This document shows, in pieces, positions 44,660-55,605 of a stretch of 64,000 nucleotides of DNA. Position 1 is the first letter of the stretch. Each line of letters starts with the position of its first letter. The notes beneath the pieces were generated by a model. The model did not search any database. It worked only from the letters and a program-made list of their open reading frames with translations, and was not told where the DNA came from. A program made the translations under genes and the position numbers. This DNA comes from a virus (Duplodnaviria; Caudoviricetes). The stretch lies in IMG/VR virus record IMGVR_UViG_3300025889_000071, one strand, 5' to 3'.

Positions 44660-46210
44660 ATGGCTGCAATTGTAACAGACAAGATTAGAATATTAAATGC
44701 GAAAAATTTTGTAGCAGGTATTTTGACTACTACAAATTCATACTATACTTTTGTGGGATTACCAAATCCCACATCTATTCAAAGTGACTGGAATGAAGAC
44801 CCTCCATCTCCTGTAGATAATTTTGATAATGAGTCTGATATTTGGGATACGGCAATAGCACTTAAAAAGATAACAACGAATGATGTCAGACAAGTTGTCA
44901 ATAAAAATACTTGGGAATCTGGAACGACTTACGATTACTATCGTCCAGATTATAGTGCTTCAAACCCACCAAAAAATTCAAATGGAACATCTTTATACAC
45001 AGCAAATTATTACGTAATTAATAGTGATAATCGTGTTTATATTTGTCTTCAGAATGGAACTGCACCAGAAACTCCTGATGGAAAACCATCACTAGATGAA
45101 CCACAATTTGTGGATTTAGAACCTAGATCCGCAGGCACTAGTGGAGATGGTTATATATGGAAATATCTTTATACTATAAAACCATCAGAATTAATTAAGT
45201 TTGATTCTACAAGTTATATGCCAGTCCCATTAAACTGGCAAACTGATAGTGAGCATGATGCAGTGAGAAATAATGCTGTTGATGGGAGTATTAAAGTTGT
45301 CGTAATTCAAAATAGAGGTGTAGGAGTAGGCACTGCAAATAGAACTTATCGTAGAGTTCCAATTAAGGGAGATGGTTCAGGTGCTGAATGTACTGTTACT
45401 GTAAATAATGATCAAGAAATAGAAAGTGTAACTATTTCTAATCAAGGTTCTGGATATACTTTTGGAAATGTTGATTTAAAGTCTGGAGGAGTTCCTGATG
45501 CTTCAACAATACCAGTTTTAGATGTAGTAGCAACTCCTGCTGGAGGTCATGGTTATGATATCTACAATGAGCTTGGTGCATCTAATGTGCTTTTATACAC
45601 TAGAATAGAAAATGATTTGGAAAATCCAGATTTCATTACAGGAAATGAAATATCTAGAATAGGTGTTGTTGAAAATCCACTTTCATTTGGTTCAAATCAA
45701 CTATTGAATTCAGATAAGGCAAGTGCCGTTTATGCAATTCGTTTAACTGGTATTGGTTATAGTTCGGCAGTTTTTACTGCAGATTCTACTATAACTCAAA
45801 CTGTTGGAACCGGAGTTACTGCTGCTGGAAAAGTTATTAATTACGATAAAGAAACTGGGGTGCTAAAGTATTGGCAGGATAGAACATTAGCTGGGTTTAA
45901 CACGGTTGGAACTTCCCAAACTAATCCACAATATGGATATAACCTAACAAGATTCACGGCATCTCCAACTTCTGGAGGAAGTTTTTTGATTAATGGTGGA
46001 AGTGTAACTTTATCAATTAGTACCTCTTTTAGTGGTTTCTCGACCACAATAAATAATAGAACATATTTCCTTGGGCAATCTTTCGAAAATGGATTATCAA
46101 ATCCAGAAGTAAAAAAACATTCTGGAAATATTATCTACATCGATAACAGACCCGCTATAACAAGATCTTCAAATCAAAAAGAAGATGTCAAGATTATTTT
46201 GCAATTCTAA
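44660..46210 (+). CDS. g8: Baseplate wedge subunit gp8
   Basis: VYICLQNG...DGYIWKYLYTI and C-terminal SGNIIYIDNR...QKEDVKIILQF; late promoter CATAAATA at 44637-44644. Confidence 0.92.
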   Translation: MAAIVTDKIRILNAKNFVAGILTTTNSYYTFVGLPNPTSIQSDWNEDPPSPVDNFDNESDIWDTAIALKKITTNDVRQVVNKNTWESGTTYDYYRPDYSASNPPKNSNGTSLYTANYYVINSDNRVYICLQNGTAPETPDGKPSLDEPQFVDLEPRSAGTSGDGYIWKYLYTIKPSELIKFDSTSYMPVPLNWQTDSEHDAVRNNAVDGSIKVVVIQNRGVGVGTANRTYRRVPIKGDGSGAECTVTVNNDQEIESVTISNQGSGYTFGNVDLKSGGVPDASTIPVLDVVATPAGGHGYDIYNELGASNVLLYTRIENDLENPDFITGNEISRIGVVENPLSFGSNQLLNSDKASAVYAIRLTGIGYSSAVFTADSTITQTVGTGVTAAGKVINYDKETGVLKYWQDRTLAGFNTVGTSQTNPQYGYNLTRFTASPTSGGSFLINGGSVTLSISTSFSGFSTTINNRTYFLGQSFENGLSNPEVKKHSGNIIYIDNRPAITRSSNQKEDVKIILQF

Positions 46211-46225
46211 TATCCAATAACTCCC

Positions 46226-49200
46226 ATGGCTCAACAAACAAATTTAAATGTTTCTCCATATTTTGACGATTTTGATGCTGACAAGAATTATCATAAAATT
46301 CTGTTTAAACCGGGATATCCTGTTCAAGCCAGAGAGTTAACAGGTGTTCAATCCATAATACAAAATCAAATTGATAGATTTGGGCAACATGTGTTTAAAG
46401 ATGGTGCCAAAGTTATTCCCGGAAATTGGTCTTACTACTCAAACTATCCTGGAATTAGAATAAACAATACTCATCTTGGTGTTCCAGTATCACTATATAC
46501 TGATCAATTGGTTGGTAAAAGAATTATTGGTCAAACTTCAGGAATTACAGCTATAGTTGATTATGTATTACCTCCAGAACTATCTAGTACTGGAGATACT
46601 GTTTTATATGTTCAATATGCATCATCATCTGCAACCGATAAAGAAAGTGATACTTTTTTGGATGGAGAATTTTTAAATTTACAATCAGATGTTATCACGA
46701 CAGAGTTAAATGATAATTTTATACCTCAAGGAGAGTCATTTGCATCAACAATATCGTCAAACTCTAATATCACAGGTTCATCATTTTCAATAAATGATGG
46801 TGTTTATTTTATTAGAGGATATTTTGTAGATGTACAATCTGAAAGAATTTTGTTGGCAGAAAATAATGCTGATGTTGAAAGATTTAATGTAAGAATTGGA
46901 TTTAGAATACTCGAAGAAATTGTAACTTCTGATTTTGATGAATCTTTAACAGACAATGCTAAAGGATTTAATAATTATGCAGCACCAGGAGCAGATAGAT
47001 TTAAATTATCAGTGTCTCTTGCATATAAATCATTAACCGATTCCAATGATGCAGATTTTGTAGAATTAGCTAGAGTTGAAAACGATACTCTTCAAGAGAT
47101 ACAAAAATATACTGAGTATGATCATCTTGCTGACGAATTTGCTAGAAGAACATTTGAAGAATCTGGCGATTATTTTGTAAAAGATTTTGATATAAGTGTT
47201 TTAGAATCATTAAATAATGGTAACAATGGTGGTATTTTTTATGATGGAGAAACAACATATTCTGGTGGAACGCCAAATCCGAGCACTGCAATATACAAAA
47301 TTTCTCCTGGATGTGCTTATGTTAGAGGATACAGAATTGATAGAACTTCTCCAACATATTTGGATATTGCAAAACCAAGAACTACAAAAGAATTAACAGG
47401 TCAAAGTATAGAATATAATACTGGAGCAACTTTTAAACTGAATAGAGTTAAAGGTGCTCCCACGATTGGAATTGGAAATACTTATATTGTAAGTTTAAGA
47501 GATCAACGTATAGATCCAAGAGCTGCTGGTTTGGGAACAGATCCTGTTTTGCCGAATAAAGAAATTGGTATTGCTAGAGTATATGATTTTGCATTGGAAG
47601 GTGGTTCTTATGATACTACTGATGGGGACATAAATCAATGGGATATTACATTATATGATATTCAAACGTTTACTGATATTAAATTAAATGAGCCAATAAC
47701 TCTTAGTGTTCCTACCCATATTAAAGGAAAATATTCTGGAGCAACAGGATTTTTAAGAAGTCCTGTAAGTGCAGGAACAGCGATGACTGTATATGACACA
47801 AAGGGTGATTTTGTTTTAAATGAACCATTCATATTTGATGGTGTAGAAAATAGTAGAATTGGTGTGGGTCTCACAATTCACAAACTATCTGATGCAAAAT
47901 CGATTATTGGTGGAGCAGGTTTATTAGGGGATGTTGGTTCTGGAGTTTCATTTACTGCAGATATTATGCTTTCCAGAATTGGTTATAATATTGGTCTTGG
48001 AACTATTACTTCTTCCAGCATCAGCAATAGCGTGACGAGCTATCATCTTTTCGGTACTTTAGATCCTGACGGAAATCCTGGAGTATCTACATTTATTGCC
48101 GAAAATATGAACGGACTTCTCAATAATGTGGAAGTTAATGATATTATCAGGTATACCACAACGGGTTCAAATGGTGGTTCTGATGTGCCTGATGGTGGAA
48201 GAACCTGGTATAATAGAGTTGTCAAGATTGTAAGGACCGAAGAAGACACGGAAACTGCACCATCACCTGGATTAGCAGGTATGGGAAGTTTTGGAAGATA
48301 TGGACAACACTTACTAGTAACTCCAATTCCGAATATTCCTGGTAGAGTAGAAGCTACTGGTCCAACTGTAAATAATATTGCCAGTGGTAGAAATCCGTAC
48401 GGATTTGTAGGTCACTCTGGTAGAATACTTGGTGGAACTAATGCAACCTGGAATGTACAAGATGCAGTTATCTTAAAATCCCCCCTAATCAGTTCCACTA
48501 ACAATACTTTATATACAAAAATACCAAAAAATAATATTTCCGATGTAACTTTAGATGATGCACAACTGGTTATTAGAAAAACATTTGATGTAACAATTGC
48601 TGATAACCAGTTGTCATCTGCATTGGTAGCAGGTGACAATGAAACATTTGAACCTTTTGATGAAGAAGATTATATTTTAATTCGCACTGATGGTGATGAT
48701 GGGGGAACAGAGGTTCTTACGGAAGATAAATTTGAGATAACTTCAGGCGGAAAATCTTTACAAATAAGAAATTTAAGTGACACTGGTGGTGCAGCAAAAT
48801 TAATAGCAACTCTTCGTAAAGTAAAACCAACTTCAAAAATAAAAATAAAGAACAAAATTAATACTATTGTAATTGATAAATCAAATGATGTTGGTTCTGG
48901 AGCAGGGTCAACTACTCTCAATGATGGTTTAACATATGGAAATTATCCGTTTGGTACAAAAGTTCAAGATGAATCAATATCTTTAAATGTACCAGATGTT
49001 GTGGAAGTTCTGGGAATTTTTGAATCAAAAGATACCTCAGCTCCATCGGCACCAAAATTAACATTGAATGCACTAACCGGTCCTTCTGGAACAACGGACG
49101 ATTTAATAATTGGTGAAAAGGTATTTGGTCAAACATCCAAAGCAGTTGCTATTGTTGCATCAAAATTATCATCAAATCAAATAGAATGTTTATTTAAAAC

Positions 49201-52200
49201 AGATGTCAAATTTGAAATTGGAGAGGTTTTACGATTCCAAGAATCGTCTGTTCGTGCTCTTCCGTCAGCATTAGATGAAACAAGTAAAAATATATCATCA
49301 CATTATCTTTATAATAGTGGACAAACTGGTTCGATCTATAATTATTCTTCCATAAAAAGAAAACCAGGTTTTGAAAAACCAAAGAAACAAATAAAAGTAT
49401 ATTTTTCAAATTTATATTTTAGTTCATCGGATGATGGCGATATTGTAACTGCAAGATCATATAGCACTGGAATAGATTATGCTAAAGATATTAGAACGGT
49501 TAATGGAATAAGAAACACTGATATTATTGACATTAGACCAAGGGTTTCTACTTATGGTGTTGAAGTTGATAAGAGGTCTCCTCTAGAATTTTTTGGTAGA
49601 ACTTTTAATCAAAGTGGAAATTCTGCTGCAAATATTTTAGCCTCAGATAAATCAATACTTATTGATTATACATTTTATCTTGGAAGAATTGATAGGATTT
49701 ATCTTTCAAAAACGGGAGCTATTACAGTTCAAAAAGGAGATCCATCAGAACATCCCAAAAAACCAGTTTCAATTGATGAAGCTTTAGAGTTAGGATTTAT
49801 AAATCTTCCACCATATCTATATTCTTCTAGACAAGCAAAAGTTTCATTTTTAGAACATAAGAGATATAGAATGAAGGATATCTCTAAATTGGAAAATAGA
49901 ATTAAAAATTTAGAATATTATACTTCTTTATCATTACTGGAAACGAATACTGAAAATCTATTTGTACCAGATGATGAAGGATTGAATAAATTTAAATCTG
50001 GATTTTTTGTTGATAACTTCAAGACAAATCTCAATCAAGAGGGCAGTATTCCTCTTAAAAATAGTATTGATATTGGAAATAGTGAATTGCGCCCAAGACA
50101 TTATACAAATTCTGTAGATTTAGAAATAGGACCTGTTGATGGAGTTTCTCCTGATACTGATGCTAGATGGAGTATTCCCGAAGGTACTAATATTGCAAGA
50201 AGTGCAAATAATTTATTAACATTGTCTTATAATGAATTACTCTGGAAAACACAACCATTTGGTACAAGAGAAGAAAGTGTAACCCCATATTTGATAGATG
50301 TATGGTATGGTAGATTAACTCTAGACCCATCATCAGATACCTGGGTAGATACTGTAAGAATAGATGCAAAAGTAATTCAAGTTGAAGGAAATTATAATGA
50401 TACGATTGCCATTCTTGGTGCAGATCCACAAACTGGGTTAGGGCCAATAATTTGGGATGCTCCAGAGACTGTTTGGACTGGCACGAGGACCAATTCATTC
50501 TCTGTTCAAAGAACCGAAGTTGGTAATTTTTCAATTGATACAGACCTTGAAACTAATATTAACACATCGCAAGATGCACTTAGAGCAGGTCAAACAACTA
50601 CGGTGAATGGAAGTGTTTCTAGTACATTTGAGGTAGAACTATCAGGTACGGAAACAGTATTTGAAGATACTATTACAGAGACGTTCAATACAGGTACAGA
50701 AACAAGGAATGGTGTAAGGGCTCTTATTACTGAAAGATATGATCAAGAATCTCAAGGAGATAAAGTTGTAAGTAGAGAGTTAATCACTTTCATGAGGAGA
50801 CGCAATATTACTTTTATTGGTTCTCAATTGAAACCACAGACTAAACTCTATGCGTATTTTGATGGCGTTAAAGTTGATAAGTATGTTACTCCAAAACTTT
50901 TACAAGTTGAAATGATTTCGGGGGTATTTCAAGTTGGAGAAACTGTTGCAACTGATATAGTTCCTGGTACATATACAAATCCTTATATAAAATTTAGACT
51001 TGCAAGACCTGATCATAAAGAAGGTCCTTTCAATGATCCATCTAGGACATATACTTCAAATCCATATACTACTGTTGTTTCTACATCAACTGAAAGTTAT
51101 TACGACTTAGCAGCTAGATCTGAACTTAATGCCATTCCATCTTCATACTCATCAACTTCAGATATATTAAATATTGACCTATTATCTTTATCAAGTCGTG
51201 GTAATGGATTCTTTGGTTATGCTTCAGTTGGAATGATATTGAAGGGTCAAACTAGTGGTGCCATTGCTCGTGTAACAGCTAAAGATTTAATAACTGATAT
51301 TGCTTCTACAATATATGGAGATTTACGTATTCCAAATCCAAATTTTGCATCTAATTTGAAATTTGAAACTGGCAGTAAAGTTTTAACTTTAACTGATAAT
51401 CCAAATTCTTTCAGCTCATTTAATAAAACAAGTGCTCAAGCAGAATTTGTATCTTCTGGTACATTAGAAACGGTTCAAGAAGAAATTATCAGTACAAGAA
51501 ATGCTCAAGTTCGATATCAAGAACTTCAAACTTCACGCACAGTTGAGGAATTTGTAGGATCTGACGTTGTGACAGAAGTTGTAAGCACTACAAACTTTAC
51601 AGATAATGGTTCAACTACTTCAAATGACACTTTTAGTCTTCAGATACCTCCAGGTGCACAAGGTGCCACAGGTGCACAAGGTGCCACAGGTGCCACAGGT
51701 GCACAAGGTGCACGAGGTGGAACAGGTGGTGGCGGCCGTGCTTTCTGGAATAATTTCGATCCTAGAACCCAGACTGGGTTCCACAACGTGCCGGTGCGGT
51801 GGAACAACGGCGGTGGTGGTGGTGGTGACCCCATCGCACAAACTTTCTTATGTGAAGAACCTAGTGGACTGTTCTTAACTTCTTTAGATGTCTTTTTCTC
51901 TCAAGTTGATCCTGATGGAATCCCTGTAATTTTTCAATTAAGAAATGTTGTCAACGGATATCCAGAATCTAATGTGTTTATACCAGGTTCTGAAGTATAT
52001 ATCGAACCATCAGAGATTCAGGTTTCACCAGATGGATCTATTCCCACAAGAATTAATTTGCCAGGTCCAGTTTATTTGAGTCCGGGAAAAGAATACGCTT
52101 TAATATTAATGTCAGCATCTACATCATATAAAGTTTTAATATCTAGAGTTAAAGAAAATGATTTAATAACTGATGAATTTGTTAGCACTCAACCTACATT

Positions 52201-54334
52201 AGGATCACTATTCAAGTCACAAAATTCCACTGCATGGGAATCAAGTCAGTGGGAGGATCTCAAGTTCAATTTATATGTTGCCAATTTTGCCACTAGTGGA
52301 ACGGTTGAATTCTATAACCCAATCCTCTCTGATGCTGATGGCTATGTTCCTACGTTAATGAAAGATTCTGTGGTTGTAAATTCTAGGCAAGTACGAATTG
52401 GAATTGGATCAACTTTACAAGATGACAATATCCGCATAGGAAATACGGTAACGCAGGATGGAACTAGTGCTTCAGGAAATTTAAAAGGATTTGCTGGCTC
52501 TATAGACGGAGCATTTTCTATTGTCAATAGTGGAATTGGTTATACTCCCAATTCCGGATCTTTTACATTTACTGGTGTTGCAGTAACTGCTGTTACTGGA
52601 TTTGGAAGAGATGCCACAGCAGAAATTACCGTTACTGATGGTGTAATCTCTTCAGCAACTGTAACAACAGGTGTTGAGGGAACAGGATATCAAGTCGGTG
52701 ATGTTCTAGCTGTTCCAAAACTTGGAAATGAAAATGTTGGAGAAGTTGGAGCTAATGGAAGACTTTCAGTCGTTTCTATTGCTGCTACAAATATGCTAAT
52801 CCTTGATGATGTTCAGGGAGATTTCCAAACTGGAAGTTTTAATTCAGGAATTTCATCTGTTCGATATGATACCATTAAAGATGGTGTAGGACTTTCTACA
52901 ACATTAAATGGTGCAAATGATGTTGGTGGTGGTGTATACATCGATAATATTATTACGGTCAGTGATGGTTTGCATCTTAAAATAAACCATAAAAATCATG
53001 GTATGCACCATGAAATTAATAGAGTTGCTTTAAATAATGTAATTTCTGATGTGTCTCCAACAAAATTAAGTGCAGCGTATTCATCTTCTTCAACCGATTC
53101 TATTTCAATTGATGATAGTTCACAATTTGGAACATTTGAGAATGTTTCAGTTGCATCATCTATGCCAGGTTATGCTAGGATACAAAATGAAATTATTTCG
53201 TATACTGGAGTTTCTGCAGGTCAACTTACTGGTATTACTAGAGGAGATTTGCCTGGAGATTATCCCTTAGGAACACCAGTTGAAAAGTATGAATTTCATG
53301 GAGTTTCTTTGAGAAGGATAAACAAAACACATTTACTTAGTGATGTGGATAAAACAATTATACCCAAACCCATTACATTTGATAGTTATCATGTAAAACT
53401 TGATATGGGAATTGATGGAACCGATAGAAACACCAATGAAAACAGCTATCCAAAACTTTATCTCACAGAAACTTCTAGTGATGGTGGACTTATAACTAAT
53501 GCATCACAAAATATGCCTTTTGAAATTATTAAACCAATGGTCCAAAATATTTCTGTGAGTGGAGCATCAATTAAAGCTTCAATTAGAACAGTCTCTGGAA
53601 CAAATCTTAATGATGGATCTGGAACTGGATCTGATCTTCCTTTTGTAGTTCAACCAAGAGTTCCTGTTACAATAAATGAAGTAAATTATCTCGATAATAC
53701 CAGTATTATTTGTTCTAGAAATAATGAACTTGAAAATGCATCAATTTCTCAACTTCCAGGAGCAAGATCATTCAATCTTCAATTACAGTTAAATACTAAT
53801 AATCAATTAGTATCTCCTGTTATTGATCTTGAAAGGATAAATGTTGTGTTAACCTCTAATAGAATTGATTCGCAAATTTCTGATTTTAATACTGATAATA
53901 GAGTGAATACTTTATTAGAAGATCCATCTTCTTTCTCTTACATCACAAAAGAACTTCAACTAAAAAATTCATCAACTTCCATTCAAGTTCTTCTCGATGC
54001 ACACCTCAATGTGTTCTCGGATTTAAGAGTGTTTTATGCTATCAGTGATAAATCTAATTTTGAACCAATATTCATTCCCTTCCCAGGATATGATAATCTT
54101 GATCCACAAGGAAATATAATATCTTCACAAAATAATAGTGGTAGACCAGACAGCCGTGTTTCACCATCATCATATGGTTCATTTGAATCTCTTGATTTGG
54201 CCTTCAAGGAGCATAAATTTAGTGTTTCTAATTTGCCATCATTCAGATTCTATAGAATAAAACTGGTGGCAGCATCATCCAATCAGGTGTATGTCCCCAG
54301 AATTCGTAACCTAAGAACCATTTGTTTTGCATAA
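46226..54334 (+). CDS. vrlC: VrlC-like virion structural protein (2702 aa)
   Basis: MAQQTNLNVSPYFDDFD...LFKPGYPVQARELT, APGADRFK, FKSGFFVDNF, DPIAQTF and LFKSQN...W...QWEDLKF. Confidence 0.85.
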   Translation: MAQQTNLNVSPYFDDFDADKNYHKILFKPGYPVQARELTGVQSIIQNQIDRFGQHVFKDGAKVIPGNWSYYSNYPGIRINNTHLGVPVSLYTDQLVGKRIIGQTSGITAIVDYVLPPELSSTGDTVLYVQYASSSATDKESDTFLDGEFLNLQSDVITTELNDNFIPQGESFASTISSNSNITGSSFSINDGVYFIRGYFVDVQSERILLAENNADVERFNVRIGFRILEEIVTSDFDESLTDNAKGFNNYAAPGADRFKLSVSLAYKSLTDSNDADFVELARVENDTLQEIQKYTEYDHLADEFARRTFEESGDYFVKDFDISVLESLNNGNNGGIFYDGETTYSGGTPNPSTAIYKISPGCAYVRGYRIDRTSPTYLDIAKPRTTKELTGQSIEYNTGATFKLNRVKGAPTIGIGNTYIVSLRDQRIDPRAAGLGTDPVLPNKEIGIARVYDFALEGGSYDTTDGDINQWDITLYDIQTFTDIKLNEPITLSVPTHIKGKYSGATGFLRSPVSAGTAMTVYDTKGDFVLNEPFIFDGVENSRIGVGLTIHKLSDAKSIIGGAGLLGDVGSGVSFTADIMLSRIGYNIGLGTITSSSISNSVTSYHLFGTLDPDGNPGVSTFIAENMNGLLNNVEVNDIIRYTTTGSNGGSDVPDGGRTWYNRVVKIVRTEEDTETAPSPGLAGMGSFGRYGQHLLVTPIPNIPGRVEATGPTVNNIASGRNPYGFVGHSGRILGGTNATWNVQDAVILKSPLISSTNNTLYTKIPKNNISDVTLDDAQLVIRKTFDVTIADNQLSSALVAGDNETFEPFDEEDYILIRTDGDDGGTEVLTEDKFEITSGGKSLQIRNLSDTGGAAKLIATLRKVKPTSKIKIKNKINTIVIDKSNDVGSGAGSTTLNDGLTYGNYPFGTKVQDESISLNVPDVVEVLGIFESKDTSAPSAPKLTLNALTGPSGTTDDLIIGEKVFGQTSKAVAIVASKLSSNQIECLFKTDVKFEIGEVLRFQESSVRALPSALDETSKNISSHYLYNSGQTGSIYNYSSIKRKPGFEKPKKQIKVYFSNLYFSSSDDGDIVTARSYSTGIDYAKDIRTVNGIRNTDIIDIRPRVSTYGVEVDKRSPLEFFGRTFNQSGNSAANILASDKSILIDYTFYLGRIDRIYLSKTGAITVQKGDPSEHPKKPVSIDEALELGFINLPPYLYSSRQAKVSFLEHKRYRMKDISKLENRIKNLEYYTSLSLLETNTENLFVPDDEGLNKFKSGFFVDNFKTNLNQEGSIPLKNSIDIGNSELRPRHYTNSVDLEIGPVDGVSPDTDARWSIPEGTNIARSANNLLTLSYNELLWKTQPFGTREESVTPYLIDVWYGRLTLDPSSDTWVDTVRIDAKVIQVEGNYNDTIAILGADPQTGLGPIIWDAPETVWTGTRTNSFSVQRTEVGNFSIDTDLETNINTSQDALRAGQTTTVNGSVSSTFEVELSGTETVFEDTITETFNTGTETRNGVRALITERYDQESQGDKVVSRELITFMRRRNITFIGSQLKPQTKLYAYFDGVKVDKYVTPKLLQVEMISGVFQVGETVATDIVPGTYTNPYIKFRLARPDHKEGPFNDPSRTYTSNPYTTVVSTSTESYYDLAARSELNAIPSSYSSTSDILNIDLLSLSSRGNGFFGYASVGMILKGQTSGAIARVTAKDLITDIASTIYGDLRIPNPNFASNLKFETGSKVLTLTDNPNSFSSFNKTSAQAEFVSSGTLETVQEEIISTRNAQVRYQELQTSRTVEEFVGSDVVTEVVSTTNFTDNGSTTSNDTFSLQIPPGAQGATGAQGATGATGAQGARGGTGGGGRAFWNNFDPRTQTGFHNVPVRWNNGGGGGGDPIAQTFLCEEPSGLFLTSLDVFFSQVDPDGIPVIFQLRNVVNGYPESNVFIPGSEVYIEPSEIQVSPDGSIPTRINLPGPVYLSPGKEYALILMSASTSYKVLISRVKENDLITDEFVSTQPTLGSLFKSQNSTAWESSQWEDLKFNLYVANFATSGTVEFYNPILSDADGYVPTLMKDSVVVNSRQVRIGIGSTLQDDNIRIGNTVTQDGTSASGNLKGFAGSIDGAFSIVNSGIGYTPNSGSFTFTGVAVTAVTGFGRDATAEITVTDGVISSATVTTGVEGTGYQVGDVLAVPKLGNENVGEVGANGRLSVVSIAATNMLILDDVQGDFQTGSFNSGISSVRYDTIKDGVGLSTTLNGANDVGGGVYIDNIITVSDGLHLKINHKNHGMHHEINRVALNNVISDVSPTKLSAAYSSSSTDSISIDDSSQFGTFENVSVASSMPGYARIQNEIISYTGVSAGQLTGITRGDLPGDYPLGTPVEKYEFHGVSLRRINKTHLLSDVDKTIIPKPITFDSYHVKLDMGIDGTDRNTNENSYPKLYLTETSSDGGLITNASQNMPFEIIKPMVQNISVSGASIKASIRTVSGTNLNDGSGTGSDLPFVVQPRVPVTINEVNYLDNTSIICSRNNELENASISQLPGARSFNLQLQLNTNNQLVSPVIDLERINVVLTSNRIDSQISDFNTDNRVNTLLEDPSSFSYITKELQLKNSSTSIQVLLDAHLNVFSDLRVFYAISDKSNFEPIFIPFPGYDNLDPQGNIISSQNNSGRPDSRVSPSSYGSFESLDLAFKEHKFSVSNLPSFRFYRIKLVAASSNQVYVPRIRNLRTICFA

Positions 54335-54340
54335 AGTATT

Positions 54341-54568
54341 ATGAGCGATTTAATTAAGGTGGAGGGTCATGCAAATTTGAGACGTGACCCTCATACAAAT
54401 TCAATTATCAATACAGATAAATCTGGATATGATCAGTATATTGCACGTCGCAATAAAAAAAACGAAGAAAAACAAAAATCCTTGCAAATGGAGGAAGAAG
54501 TTGCTAATATGAAAAAAGATCTAGATGAAATTAAAACCTTACTAAGGAGATTAACTAATGGATCCTGA
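54341..54568 (+). CDS. Small coiled-coil protein
   Basis: KVEGHANLRRD...NSIIN; position after the VrlC-like gene. Confidence 0.75.
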   Translation: MSDLIKVEGHANLRRDPHTNSIINTDKSGYDQYIARRNKKNEEKQKSLQMEEEVANMKKDLDEIKTLLRRLTNGS

Positions 54569-54734
54569 ATCAATTCAACTGGATAATATCAATAAGCAAT
54601 TTGAATATTTTAAAATTTCTAAAGAAGTTGATAATATTACTTGCATTGATTCTCTTAAGAATATGTTAAAAGCATATATTAAGTTATACTATAAGCAACA
54701 AGAGGTATTAACCAACATGGCTAAAATGCCATAA
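54558..54734 (+). CDS. Small hypothetical protein
   Basis: Hand-translated MDPESIQLDNINKQFEY...KAYIKLYYKQQE. Confidence 0.7.
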   Translation: MDPESIQLDNINKQFEYFKISKEVDNITCIDSLKNMLKAYIKLYYKQQEVLTNMAKMP

Positions 54735-54758
54735 ATATTCAAAAAAGAGTCCATAGAT

Positions 54759-55601
54759 ATGGCGCAACCATCCACAAAACAAGAGTTAATAGATTATGCA
54801 AAAAGAAAACTGGGAGCGCCAGTTTTAGAAATTAATGTTGCGGATGAGCAAATTGATGACTTAATTGATGATGCTGTTCAATTTTTTCAAGAACGGCATT
54901 TTGATGGTGTATATCCTGCATTATTTAAATATCAAATAACAGAAGAAGACATAAATCGAGGAAAAGCAAAGGCCCCGACAGGTGTTGGTATCGCTACGAC
55001 TTCTGCCACAGAAACAATTGTTGGTACAGCAACAACTTTCAGTTATTATGAAAATTCAAATTATTTAAAAATTCCAAATTCTGTAATTGGTGTTACTAAA
55101 ATATTTCATTTTGATGGATCTAATGCTGTTTCCAGCAATATGTTTAGTGCCAAATATCAATTATTTTTAAATGACGTTTATTATTGGGGTTCGACAGAAC
55201 TTTTATCTTATTCAATGGTAAAAACATATCTTGAAGATATTAATTTTTTACTTACTACACAAAAACAAATTAGATATAATAAGAGACAAGATAGACTTTA
55301 TTTGGATATTGATTGGAATACGGTAAATGCCGGAGACTTTTTTATCATCGATTGTTTTTCTGTTTTAGATCCAAATTCATATTCTGAAGTATGGAATGAT
55401 TCTTTTTTGAAAAAATATGTGACTTCACTGATTAAGAAACAGTGGGGCCAAAATTTAATTAAATTTCAAGGCGTAAAACTTCCCGGTGGTGTGGAGCTTA
55501 ATGGAAGACAGTTATATGATGATGCTCAAAAAGAAATAGACGACCTAATGGAAAAAATGTCAAATACATACGAACTTCCTCCATTAGATATGATTGGTTA
55601 A
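54759..55601 (+). CDS. g13: Neck protein gp13
   Basis: ELIDYAKRKLGAPVLEINV; KKQWGQNLIKFQGVKLPGGVELNG. Confidence 0.95.
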   Translation: MAQPSTKQELIDYAKRKLGAPVLEINVADEQIDDLIDDAVQFFQERHFDGVYPALFKYQITEEDINRGKAKAPTGVGIATTSATETIVGTATTFSYYENSNYLKIPNSVIGVTKIFHFDGSNAVSSNMFSAKYQLFLNDVYYWGSTELLSYSMVKTYLEDINFLLTTQKQIRYNKRQDRLYLDIDWNTVNAGDFFIIDCFSVLDPNSYSEVWNDSFLKKYVTSLIKKQWGQNLIKFQGVKLPGGVELNGRQLYDDAQKEIDDLMEKMSNTYELPPLDMIG

Positions 55602-55605
55602 TGCT

